Source of the DNA: Octopus sinensis
Taxonomy: Eukaryota
Length of the DNA: 64,000 nt
NCBI RefSeq assembly: GCF_006345805.1
Contig: NC_043004.1
Span: forward strand, 101,990,001 to 102,054,000
Direction of reading: 5' to 3'
Position 1 is the first letter of the stretch, and every line of letters begins with the position of its first letter. The translations under genes were made by a program, and so were the position numbers. Positions 51,705 through 64,000 of the stretch are shown piece after piece. Under the pieces are notes generated by a model that saw only the letters and a program-made list of their open reading frames with translations, made no database searches and was not told where the DNA came from.

Positions 51705-52490
51705 TTACATGAGAAAATGAGAGTAAGAGAAATTATATTCTTAAGATTAGAAACCTGGGAAATTACAGGACAAGTTATTACACTTGGAAAAGTTCAGGAC
51801 AACGTGTTACAAGTGGTAAAGTACAGAAAATTTTAGTTTATTAAAACTAAGAATTTTATTACAAGTTATTACTTCTGTTATTACTCGTTACTTCTATTAA
51901 AAATTTAAAATAACTCAAAATATTTTTTGCACTTTAAAAAAATTCATTTTTTAAATTATTAATTAATAATTAGAAATTTGAAAATAGGTTATAAAAATAA
52001 TTATAATTAGTTAGTACAATAAATAGAATAATTCAAAAATTAGTTATATATTACAGTAAAATATACCTATAACGACAAATTAACAGTAAAATTTGCTTGA
52101 GTTAATGACTAAGTTATTGCCAAGCCTTCCCATTTTTAGTCTTGACCCAATGCCTATTTTTTACATAATGAATTTGCCTACCATATATATTATTCTACTT
52201 TGCAATAAAACATTAGCTATATTGGTACTTTTGGCGCTCATTTTTAAGTAATCTAGTGCGTCAATATTTTAACAAAATGATAGTACCTTTTTTAATTATA
52301 ATATTACTTTGTAAATTAAAATCAAATAATTTTTAATATTCAATATTTTAAGTAAAAATGTTCTTGTTCTGTACTTTACCAGATGTAATGAGTTGTCCTG
52401 AACTTTTCCAAGTGTAATAACTTGTCCTGTAATTTTCTCGATCTATAATCTTAAGAATATTATTTCTCTAGCTCGCATTTTTCCATGTAA
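51705..52490. mobile_element. AT-rich non-autonomous DNA transposon with about 124-bp TIRs
   Basis: 51705-51828 is the reverse complement of 52367-52490, including a perfect core aaattacaggacaagttattacacttggaaaagttcaggacaac; no clear TSD. Confidence 0.75.
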
Positions 52491-54244
52491 TCCATGTTTT
52501 TTCCAGGATATGCTATTACGCTAATTAATAACGTGTCAAATGTGTCAATTAGCGGTGTCATTGATAATTTTTTCCTTACCTCAATGACGCCAGTGACATA
52601 TATTAAAAGTCCCCTTATAGAACTATATTTATTAAAAAAGTATAGAATTATATTATCACCCTTAAATTTGCGAAACAAACATTCATAACTTTTTTCTCTT
52701 AAAACTTCATTGCATGAGATTGATACCATGAAATTCCTCGAAATGAGCTCTATCATTTAAACTTAATTAAAATATAGTTTGTTTTTAAAATAAAAAAAAG
52801 TTGATTATACTTAAATCCAATATTTTGCCTTATATTTTTTTCCCTGATATTTTACCTCACAACTTTTTTGATAAATATTTTTGTTGCATGGGACTAAAAC
52901 TACGAAATTCTTCATGCTTTCTTCTATCATTGAAGCTATGAGAAATATATTTTGCTTTTAAAATGTTTAAAAAAGTTATTTAGATCTAAACTTGATTGGT
53001 GATGTTACTTACTCTGCTATAACTTTCCTACAAATTTTGATGTAAACTTTTTTCTACCAGATCAAATCTCAATTGTTTAATGCCAAAATGTAGCTAGGGA
53101 CCATAGAAGAAGACACTTGCCCAAAATGCAACGCTGTGAGACTGAACCCGGGACCATGTACTTGGGAAGTAGGGTTCTTAATACACACCCACGCATAGAT
53201 AATTCTAACAAATTTTCGCTTATACCATAAATTTAGCAATGTTAGTAAATTTTTTATGACGATAAATGATATTCAAACTGCGAGAAAAATGAGTTTAAAA
53301 CATTTGCAGGATATCACGGAGGATAGTCATTTCTAACCATGTATTGCTAAGACTTCATAATTGAAACAAACCTTCAGTAAGTCTTTGAAGTTAAGCGTTT
53401 TATATGTTGTTATTTTATGGGTTTTTTTTTTTTATTTTTGGTTTTTTCCACCTAAAAGTACATACGAAGGCATGGCTATTTGCTTAAAAAGCTTGCTTTA
53501 CAACCACGTGGTTTCGGGGTTCAGTCCGACTGCGCGGCACGTTGGGCAAGAGCTACGAAACAAACAACGTCTTGAGAGTGAATTTCTTAGACGAAAACTG
53601 TGGAAGCTCGTATGTGTTTATATGCGTGTGTATGTTTGTATTCGTCCATCCAACACCGCTTGACAACCGGAGTTGGTTTGTCTGTGTCCTCAATCGAATT
53701 GTTTGTTAACATCCTGAAGACACTGATAGAATAAGTACCTGACTTAAAATAAATACGGGGGTCGATTTATTCGACAAAATCCTTCAAGGTGGTGCTCTAG
53801 CATGGCTGTTGTCCGATTAAAAAACTTCAAAAATTATTATTCTGTTAATATAATTTGTCAGTAGTTCTAGAAGATTTATAACTGGTCAATCTCTAATTCT
53901 TATGTGAAATAGTTAATGCCAGGCAATACTTTCATGATCCCTCACCTTTACTAGCAAAATATTTAGAAACATGAAAAATAAACCGATACCGTAAACCACC
54001 AAATCTTTTATCGTTTACTTGTTTCAGTCATTAGACTGCGGTCATGTTGGGTCACCGCTTTGAAGAATTTTTATTTAAAAGCCTTGTACATATTCTATCG
54101 GTTCTTTTGCTGAACCGCTACGTTACGGGGACGTAAACACACCAGCACCGGTTGTCAAGCGGTGGTGGGGGACAAACACAGACACACATTTACACACACA
54201 CACGCGCATACGCACACACAGAGATAAATATGTATATGTATATC

Positions 54245-54531
54245 ATCGTGATCGACCAGGCTATCAGATGCTGCTACATATCGCTGGTCACAATGCGCTT
54301 CGCATTGTTTTAGCCTTCAAATGACGCCACCCCGTTGGGTAAGCGAGCAGGTCAACAGAAGAAAAAGTGCGAGAAAGTTGTGACGAAAGAGTACAGCAGG
54401 GATCGCCACCACCCCCTGCAGGAGCATCGTGGAGCTTTAGGTGTTTTCGCTCAATCAACACACACAACGCCCGGTCTGGGAATCGAAACTGCGATCTTAC
54501 GACCGCGTGTCCGCTGCCCTAACCACTGGGC
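54245..54531 (-). mobile_element. Second, more diverged B2 SINE copy
   Basis: Aligns by eye with 55612-55916 over head and tail. Confidence 0.85.
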
Positions 54532-54802
54532 TATATATATATAATAACAAAATAATAAATAAAACATATGCATATATACATACATATATGTATATATATA
54601 CATACATATATGTATATATACATGCATATATGGCTACAAGACACCAAAAAAACGTAGAACACAATGAGAAACGAAAACATAAAAATATAAAAACGGACTT
54701 TTTTCAAACAACGAAAAAACAGAATACAAGACATACAACACAAAGAATCTTCCCTTTCTTCAGCTGCCCCTGCTTCGACTACTCAGTGTTTCATATATAT
54801 AT

Positions 54803-54963
54803 ATTAACATTTATCGCCAAGCTAACATGGCAGTCTATAAATATAAGACTTAAGCTGCCGTGTCACATAGCTAGCTAGAGGCGATGGCCTCTTGGAGCTA
54901 ATCAACGGCAGCTTTAGTCTTATATTTACAGACTGCCATGTTAGCTTGGCGATAACTGTTAAT
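54803..54963. mobile_element. Short fold-back MITE-like element, related to the 6092-6518 TIR family
   Basis: Arms 54803-54861 and 54905-54963 (59 bp, 3 mismatches by eye); shares gcca..taacatggcagtc and ccaagag..catcg motifs with 6092-6214 and about 55115-55200. Confidence 0.75.
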
Positions 54964-55013
54964 TTCCATTACCGCTGCGGTAGTCTCCTTTAGAGAGACT
55001 TAGAAATTTTAAT

Positions 55014-55050
<37 letters not shown>

Positions 55051-55611
55051 AGCAAAATGCTAGTTCTAAAATCTCTCTAAGAGATCAACAGAATAGTTGT
55101 ACTGACAAGTAATATTCATAGCCACTTTAACATGGCCGTCCGTTCGAGCGGACACTACAGCAGTTTTTAACCCCAAGAGGACATCTCCTCTAGCTGGTTA
55201 ACGATGCACAGCTGCATTCGATGAAATTGCGAGCAGGGGAGCGAACTCCTACCATCTCCTAGCGATGGGACCAGTAGACCAGTCCTTGTTTTGGGCTATT
55301 TCTGCCACTCCTCAATACTGGTCCCGTCCAGGCTTTAAAAAAATAAGTACTGGGGGCAATACATTCGGTTAAAAATTCAAGGCGGTGCCCCAGCACGGCC
55401 GCAGTCTAATGACTGAAACAAGTAAAAGATAAAAGAGGGAAAATAGCTGAGTAGGTTTTCCAGGTCTCGGTACTTGAGTAATATCTATTCATTGGTGGTC
55501 GCTTGACCTGATAAAGACAGCAGCCTGTTATCAGCTGCATTGCACTTTAGAGTCTTCGATATGGATGGTCACATTGTATTCGTGATGTTGTCCTAGAAAT
55601 GCAATGTATAT

Positions 55612-55916
55612 CACGTGATCACGTGACCGACCAGACCATCAGATGTTGTTACACATCGCTGGTCACAATGCGTTCGCATTGTTTTAGCCTTCGAATGACG
55701 CCACCCCGCTGGCTAAGCGAGCAGGCCAACAGAAGAAAGAGTTGGAGAAAGAGTGGTGAAAGAGTACAGCAGGGATCACCGCCCTCTGCCGGAGCCCCGT
55801 GGAGCTTTTAGGTGTTTTCGCTCAATGAACACTCACAACGCCCGGTCTGGGAATCGAAACCGCGATCCTTCGACTGCGAGTCCGCTGCCCTAACCACTAG
55901 GCCATTGCGCCTCCAC
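55612..55916 (-). mobile_element. tRNA-derived SINE with head B and a different 3' tail (B2)
   Basis: TSD gcaatgtatat at 55601-55611 and 55917-55927; head as family B up to ...ttctgttg, then an unrelated tail ending in tcacgtga repeats. Confidence 0.9.
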
Positions 55917-57009
55917 GCAATGTATATGGAGAACTTAATTGCAATAGCTGGGTCACTTTTGACCATAGATCTGCTCAGTCAAGACATTCCTGGTGCTAAA
56001 CAACCACATTAACCAGCAAAATATTTATCAAGTCAGTGATTCTCATCCAGGGTCCGTTGTTGAAATTTATTTGCAATAAATCGCTTATACCTCTACAATG
56101 CAGAAAATATATTTAATTTTTTTTTTCATACAATTCTTGATATTTAATTATAAAATCACAGTAGGATTTTTTATACACAACAGAACAGCTATGGAAGTCC
56201 AGTGGAGCAAAACAGGAATCAAAGGAAACCATGGACAAAATATCCCTGAGAACCACTGCTCAGCTGTCTTAGAATAACACCTTGGGTAATGCACTAGATA
56301 CAGTTGGAAAAAAGACGCAATGGTCGAAGCTAGAACGTTTTTACTCATAAGTCAGGGATGTTCCGAGGTTAAGCAACAAGGAGAAATAGAAATAATCTTA
56401 CATCTCAACCAATTCTAGATGTAGAATTTAATGAAATAATTAAGTGCAGTTAACATGTTAATATGCAATCAACAAATATAGATATTTTTGCTCCTAAAGA
56501 AGGTGCATAACAGTTCTTGTAAGCACTTCAATAACTCTATATGTCTCCCTCGTGAGCTGCGCCTAAATTTGATTATTTCTATTTGGCAGTGATGTACTGA
56601 ATGACATACTAAATGAAGTGAAATTCAAAATGAATTAAAATTTACCTGTCAGTCAAAGAGAAACAGTGGTAAGTGTGAGTAACTAGCAAAGAAATAAGGA
56701 CTAATTGCACGGAATTAAGAAACAAATTTGCAGTAAACTGTGCTCTGTTTTCGTATTTGGTTCGCAAGATTCTTGATGTGAACGAGTGTGTTGAGACAGA
56801 TTTTTTGGTATCTCAGGAGGGTCATCATGCCAATAATAAACACACGCACTGGTTCAGTTTCACTGCTTTATTATTACTCGCCAATTGGTTAGCTGTTTAA
56901 TCAACTATGATAATAACATACCAATCGTACACCTAAGTAAGTGGTTCTCAGTCATTTTTTATCTATAGACGCCTTTTGCCAAAAGCTTGGTGATACCTGC
57001 TTAGAGGCC

Positions 57010-57449
57010 TACGTAAAGCTTTCAAAAAGTTTTCATTGTTCTCGACACAATCATGGAAATCTTGTGCAACTGAAACCCGAGTGCCCTTTTGGTCAGCTGA
57101 AAGCAGTTTTGGCGCTATCGACATTTTTTCGGCCATCTTCGAAACGTCTGAGCAGCTCGTACACCTGTGTGCGGCTCATACACTCTTCTCCATACACTTT
57201 CTGCAACTTTGTGTAGGCCTCTGAGAAGGTATCGCCCGACAACTTTCTCTTTCATGGTCAATGCGATGAGCACATGCTACACACCTTCCTACCAAGCACT
57301 GCTGTAAACAGCGGAGGAGAGCTGAAACGTTAAAACTTAGTGCGCATGCACAACGAAGTTCAAAGTCAATTTTTGCCTGGCGGTTTCACTCTGTGTGCTT
57401 TAGCTTCGTTGCTATGGTAACAGTCCGGATACTTATTGATCAGACCTCG
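57010..57449 (-). mobile_element. Internally deleted mariner 5' fragment
   Basis: End acgaggtctgatcaataagtatccggac; KLQKVYGEECMSRTQVYELLRRFEDGR joined directly to APKLLSADQK. Confidence 0.8.
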
Positions 57450-57494
57450 TTTATATTTTATTGGGCAACATGGGAGCCTCTCCGTGTTATCTCG

Positions 57495-57809
57495 ATTTGC
57501 TAGAAATAACAACCAAATTTCTCTCAAATTACAACCTACAATATTTTGACCAGTGAGTCAACTTTTCTACATTAGACATACTAAAAAGAAAAGCAGGTAA
57601 ATCTCCCTGAAATCACATATATTATTAATGTACATGTGTATGTATGACCAACGTGAGGGCTGCTGGAAATAGCCATCAAAAATCCCTTAAACAACACCCT
57701 ACTGTTTTATGTGAAATGCGTGTGTGAGCCAACGCGGATGCAGTTATGTGGTTATTAGACCTGCTAGAAATAGCAACCACATCTCCCTGATGCCATAGCC
57801 TACTGTCAC

Positions 57810-57810
<1 letters not shown>
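57495..57810 (+). repeat. Cluster of short degenerate repeats (gctagaaatagcarccaaatctccc...)
   Basis: Three copies here; related motifs at about 17670-17720 and 22100-22140 (inverted), 58190 and 61870. Confidence 0.55.
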
Positions 57811-57852
<42 letters not shown>

Positions 57853-59656
57853 CCGTCTAAGAGTCCATAAGTCAGGAAAAATGAACTCATATACCTATCA
57901 GTACAATAGGTATATTATCCGAAGTGTACAATATTATATATCTATTACGGCCGATCGTACCAATTGGTTTTGCACTAGGGATTCAACGGACTGTTAGATA
58001 ACAATCCGATTATGTAATGCTGCGCTCATAAATGTGAGCCAAAGAAGAAGGCCTCTATGTGATGCGGTAGCTAAGCCGAATGGAAATATCAGCTTTATCT
58101 CCCTAAAATTACACCATGCAGTTTCATGTTGGTATGAATGAATGTGTCAACAAGGAGGGGGGAATCTATATAGTAGCTTGTCCTATAACAGATAATAGCT
58201 AAATCGCATCCTTCTGTCATATGTATGTGCGTGTGTGTCTGTGTGTGTGTGTGTGTATTTGGGGGAGGGGGTCTGTGTGTGTGTCTGTGTGTGTAGTGAG
58301 AGCCTCTGTATAAAATCTGTTAGCTAGACCTAATAAATCAAAGCTCTATAATAAAATTTGGTAAATAACTCAACTGTATACATAAACGGCAGACGAATAG
58401 CAAAAAATCAAAAATACTCGAAAGTAAAAAAAAATTAACATCATGCGTTGACTCGTCGGAGTTATATGTGTTTAAGTTTGATAATACAATCTATGAAGTA
58501 TTTTGCAATGTCAGCGTCGAAACAATAATTCTGTGAACCAGCTTCAAGTATACTTCCTGAATATGAAGAAATTTATACGACACGCACAGCTGTTATTAAC
58601 AAATGTCAAACGTAATATGTCAACGAAAATTAAGTTTATTTTGTAAATTCTCAGAGTCAAATAACTAGTTTGCAGAGTTGCGTGAATGAAATTGATAGAG
58701 AATTTGCAAATGGGGACTGCAGGAGATAGATTGAAAAGACATACTTTTCCTAGCTAAACCTCTACAGCTAGCAGTTATGTTATTTTGGCACGTACACAAA
58801 CTTCATAGAAATGAATTACAAATATGCTTGAGAATACACTAAAGTTGTTCACTATAGATTGCCAAGATATATGCTTGAGAGGTTTGAATTATCTGGTTAC
58901 CGTGATATCATACATGTAGCCATGATATATCATAAAATTGTTATAATTCAGATGTAATATCCTGAGTCGTAATGAGGAATGCTCTTCGAAGCCATGCAAG
59001 GATATTTTAAATAGAACTATGACATGCAATGATGTACAGAATAAATGAAACCTGATAGGTTTATATATCATTTTAGGCATTATCACGTTTCACTGAGCAA
59101 GATACATAATACTACTGGCCTCAATTTGCCCAACTTTAAAAGTGATGCCTTATCATTTGGGGAGATAGATTAACCTGAGAAATACTAGCATTCCAACTAG
59201 CCTTGGTTATAAAATATTTATTTCTTGTCTATTCAATGTTATAATTACTGGAAAGCATTCCTAGGACTACGGATCCCTTCAGAAAAATGGTATTGTCTAA
59301 TAATATTACAATAACCAGCAGCACACTACAGATAATCTATACTAGGAAAAATATAGTAGACAGACCACCGTATGTTGATAATGATGATCATCATCATTAA
59401 CGTTAATGTCCTCTCTTTCATGCGTGCATGGGTCGGGTGTAAATTAGTTGGTGAGGTTTTTCTACAGCCATGTGCTCTTCCTGTCGCCAACACTTTCTCC
59501 TACGCCTAAGCTGCATTTCCTTACTTCATATGGCTTGGATTTCTCCACGATTCTCCACTTGATTTCATATGGTGTGGAGTTAGTCTTCAATGTGGATAGC
59601 CATCTAAGTTGCATTACTTTTGTCGATGTGCCGGAAAAAAAGATAAATTGTTTGCA

Positions 59657-60073
59657 TACTCTTTTACTCTTTTACTTGTTTCAGTCATTTGACTGCGGCC
59701 ATGCTGGAGCACCGCCTTTAGTCGAGCAAATCGACCCTGGGACTTATTCTTTGTAAGCCCAGTACTTATTCTATCGGTCTCTTTTGCCGAACCGCTAAGT
59801 GACGGGGACATAAACACACACCAGCATCGGTTGTGAAGCAATGATAGGGGGACAAACACAGACACACAAACACACACACACAAACACACACACATATATA
59901 CATATATACGACAGGCTTCTTTCAGTTTCCATCTACCAAATCCACTCACAAGGCATTGGTCGGCCCGAGGCTATAGCAGAAGACACTTGCCCAAGATGCC
60001 ACACAGTGGGATTGAACCCAGAACCATGTGGTTGGTGAGCAAGCTACTTACCACACAGTCACTCCTGCGCCTA
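59657..60073 (-). mobile_element. SINE family A
   Basis: Full-length match to family A. Confidence 0.92.
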
Positions 60074-62423
60074 ACGTTTTTTTTTTTTTTGTAAATCGGC
60101 TTCTCATAACTCGATGTAATTCTTCTTTTCAGTTGAGTTATCCTGAAACGTTGCTGTTACTATAGCTTTGGATCGGCCAAAGCCTAGTGAGAGGATATAA
60201 TAGACAGAAACTGAAAGAAGCCCGTCGTTTACTGTCTTTGTGTCTACGTTTGTCTTCCACCACCGTTTGACGACTGGTTTTGATGTGTTTGCGTCTCTGT
60301 AACTTTGCGGTTCGGCAAAATACACCGCTTGAATAACTACCAGGCAAAAAATAAATAAAATAAGTATAGGGGTCAATTCGTTCGACTAAAATTCTTCAAG
60401 GCAGTACTCCAGCACGGCCTCAGTCAAATGACTGAAACAGGTAAAAGATAAATGATAAAAGACATGAATATTCATTAATACTTAAGCACACAAATTTATA
60501 TACATGCATATATGTACACATGCGCACATACACACACACACACACATCTTCATAAACACTTAATATCTAATATGTCATAATCATTAGAATTAAAACTTAA
60601 AAGTGCAAAAAAAAACACGCAATCAAAGACATACAATTGGATGACAAAACAAAAAAAAACATAAAATAAAGATGTCAATGAAGAAACCTCTTCGTGATTA
60701 CATTATACACTGCAAATACCAGCTAAATCTACCTCAAAATACCTTATAAAAAATATCTGTTCAATACGTGTACTGTTCTGTATAATTTTAGTGAAGTAGG
60801 AATTGTAGCCAACATCTTTTGGTCTTTGCTCAATCTAAATGCTTAGAGTAAACAATATATTAATTTGTATTTTGCTCTCAGTTACAATGAAAAGACCGCC
60901 ATGTTTTCCAACTCCTGAAGTAACAAGATGAAACAGAAGTTGTGAAAAGATAAACAGAGGTATGTAATTGGGGTTTTCCCCTTTCACAATAAAAAACCCC
61001 TAGCAGCTGTCCTAAATTTTAAGACAATCACCTCCATTTCTGTAAGGTCTAAAAGCAGTCTTGCTCCACTTTCTCTTGGCGGTCCTACTGCGAGGAAGTA
61101 AACTCTGCCGTTTCGGACAGAACACTCGAAACTTTGGGCTCTTCTACCCCACAGCATAAAATTCATTTCTCTGCTTGAAACACGTTACCTTATTGTTTGT
61201 CAACGCAAACTACCTCAAGTTTCCTGGTTTTCTACTGTTTTACGATGTAAAATATATCATAGACAACCGTGAGCAAATTAGCTATCATACAATGACGTAC
61301 TACATAACATTACCACATATCGCACGCTTACAGGCAGAGAATCTGTGATCATTTCTCAGACCCAACTAGTTATATTTGGGTCTTAGGTCTTGTGCCTTTA
61401 GTAGAAAGGAATTATACTTGGGTCGTAGAAGCAACTGCTTCTCCTTCTCATGATGATAAGGATGATGATGATGATGATAATTCCTCCTCCTCCTCCTCAT
61501 CATCATCATCATCACCACCACCTTCACTACTATGATGTGTGTTACACTGTAGCATATATTATCGTAGCATACCTAAATTCGTGTTACAGAGTACGTTGGT
61601 TAATATACTTTGGCGCAACAAACAAAACATAACTCATTAAAAATCTTATAAAGCCCCAGCTAAGGTTTATACTACTTTAGCACTGGTATCACTGACTACT
61701 GTATATTTTGAGGTGTAGCTGAAAGGAAACCAAACATTGATTCCTATCAGGGTTATTTTCTATTAACAACTGCTGCAAAGCTCAGTGTTAAAGCCAATTC
61801 CTTGTTTCTTGTAAGACAAGAAAAGGAAACATTGTGAGAGGTGGAATAATTCTCTGCGTAGTCAAATGTCCTGTTAGAAATAGCAACCAAACGTCTCTCA
61901 CATCAGACTCTAGTATCTTTATAAATGAAGGACACATTAGATAATGTAGTCCAGGGGAAACATCTTTGGCTATTGGGGCACTTGAACAAAGTTGGTCTGG
62001 ATCCGTACTACAGATATATACGGTTTTTTACAAGTGAAGGAGATTTCACAAGCCATTATGATTCGCTCCCAACGCCCAACACCACCACCACCACCACCAC
62101 CATTAAAACCTCAAGAAAGATGTCTTTATAAGTCTAGGTAAAGTCAAACATGTTTTCATTGATAAAATCGAATCTTTAGCACGCCAGGTAAAATGCATGT
62201 TTGTCAAGACGGACAAAATGCTTATTTTGTCCGTCTTGACGTTCTGAGTTCAAATTCCGCCGAGGTAGACTTTACTTTCATCCTTTCAGGGTCGATGAAG
62301 TAAGTACCCGATGAAAACTGGGGTCGAGGTATTCGACTTAACCCCTACCCTGATATCGATTACCTTGTGCCAAAATACGAAAATGTAGTTGACAGCTGAT
62401 GCATGCAAAAAGATATGTGTGTG

Positions 62424-62474
<51 letters not shown>

Positions 62475-62479
62475 ATGTG

Positions 62480-62511
<32 letters not shown>

Positions 62512-62539
62512 AGCGTGTGTGAGCGCGTGTATGCACAGG

Positions 62540-62930
62540 TGTGGTTGTGTGGTAAGAAGCTTGCTTCCCAACTACATGGTTCCGAGTTCAGTCCCACTGC
62601 GTGGCACCTTAGGCAAGTATCCTCTACTATAGCCTCGGGCCGACCAAAGCCTTGTCAGTGGATTTGGTAGACGGAAACTGATAGAAGCCCGTCGTATATA
62701 TATGCAAGTATGTGTGTGTTTTTATGGCTATGATTGTCCCCTACCATCGCTTGACAACATGTGTTGGTGTGATTACGTCCGTGTAACCTAACGGTTCGGC
62801 CAAAGGGCCCGATGGAATAAGTACAAGGCTTAAAAAAAATAATACTAGGGTCGATTCGTTTGACTAAAAATTCTTCAAGGCGGTGCCCCAGCGTGGTCGC
62901 AGTCTAATGGCTAAGCAATCTAAGCGAAAG
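62540..62930 (+). mobile_element. Older SINE family A copy
   Basis: Head and 3' module recognisable. Other degenerate copies at about 1580-1897, 18500-18680, 50715-51065, 53470-53815, 60150-60460, 63215-63530. Confidence 0.8.
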
Positions 62931-63117
62931 GTAACAGAAAAAACATATATATAGATGTGATGTGTGTATATGTACATATAATTACATGCACACGCACACA
63001 TACGCACACACAGACCCACAGGCTTGGATATACAAACAGGATTAATCACCTAATCACCTATAGGATTGGACATAGCGGGAAAAGTAGCAATGGAGTGAAT
63101 CATACGTGCATACACTC

Positions 63118-63172
<55 letters not shown>

Positions 63173-63600
63173 ATATATATATATGCACACACACATACAC
63201 ATATTTTAGTCTCTCTTTTACTGGTTTCAGTCATTTTGACTGTGACCATGCTGAAGCACCGCCTTTAGTCGAGAAAATCGACACCAGGACTTATTCATTG
63301 TAAGAATAGTACTTATTCTGTCGGTCTCTTATGTCGAACGTAAACACACCAGCATCGGTTGTCAAGCGACGGATTTCTTTCTGTTTCCGTCTACCAAGTC
63401 CACTCAGAAGGCTTTGGTCGGCCCAAAGCTATAGCAGAAGACACTTGCCGATGGTGCCAGTAGGACTGAACCCGGAACCATGAGGCTGGTAAGCAAGGTA
63501 CGTACCTAGGACACAGCCATTCCTGCGCATATATATGTGATGACTCTGCTTGTTTGACGAGCATGACCAATACGATACACACATACGTCACTCAATTATG

Positions 63601-63632
<32 letters not shown>

Positions 63633-63804
63633 TGTGCATGTGTGTGTGTGTGCGTGCGTGCGTGTGTGTGTGTGTGTGCGTGCGTGCGTGTGTGTGCGTG
63701 TGTGTGCGTGTGTGTCAAATCCAGAAATGTTTCGGTTTTTATTAATTATGAAAATAAAACAGGTGTAACGAACAGACAAAGAGACAAGCAAACAGACAGA
63801 CAGA

Positions 63805-64000
<196 letters not shown>

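Noticed and set aside
58889-59086. Minus-strand ORF ending DIT|GT, resembling the end of the DOMON exon
   Set aside because: Only the last three residues match; no DOMON motifs upstream.
60984-61166. 60-aa minus-strand ORF in unique sequence
   Set aside because: No recognisable motif or convincing splice context.

Overview
Repeat-dense eukaryotic genomic DNA, not prokaryotic: no CRISPR array, operon or rRNA was found. The SINE families and microsatellite load look like an octopus (cephalopod) genome, which is an inference from memory and not a database match. Almost all ORFs in the supplied track are microsatellite or SINE artefacts. The one host gene I can support is on the minus strand: three internal phase-0 exons (16791-16937, 11875-12036, 6672-6755) with canonical AG/GT ends that splice into 131 aa of a DBH-like copper monooxygenase (MOXD1 type: second half of a DOMON domain plus the start of the Cu-monooxygenase N-terminal domain). 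I did not find its first exon or its downstream exons in the window. The rest is a nested transposon graveyard: at least five mariner fossils, a hAT fossil, an R4/Dong-type LINE end in (TAA)n, an RTE LINE end, Penelope-like fragments, a Helitron helicase fragment, non-autonomous Helitrons, long-TIR MITE-like elements, several modular tRNA-SINE families, a ~1.98 kb tandem duplication and a 100-N scaffold gap (34679-34778). The most unusual signal is a short composite element present twice (5356-5799, 22615-22980). It combines a tRNA-like Pol III head, an (AAT/AAC)n spacer and a Penelope-type tail carrying a minimal hammerhead ribozyme, with an inverted tail copy at its 5' side. A second Penelope-type terminal repeat family carries a hammerhead-like fold with a shared A6U core variant. 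All alignments were done by eye; repeat boundaries without TSD/TIR support are approximate.
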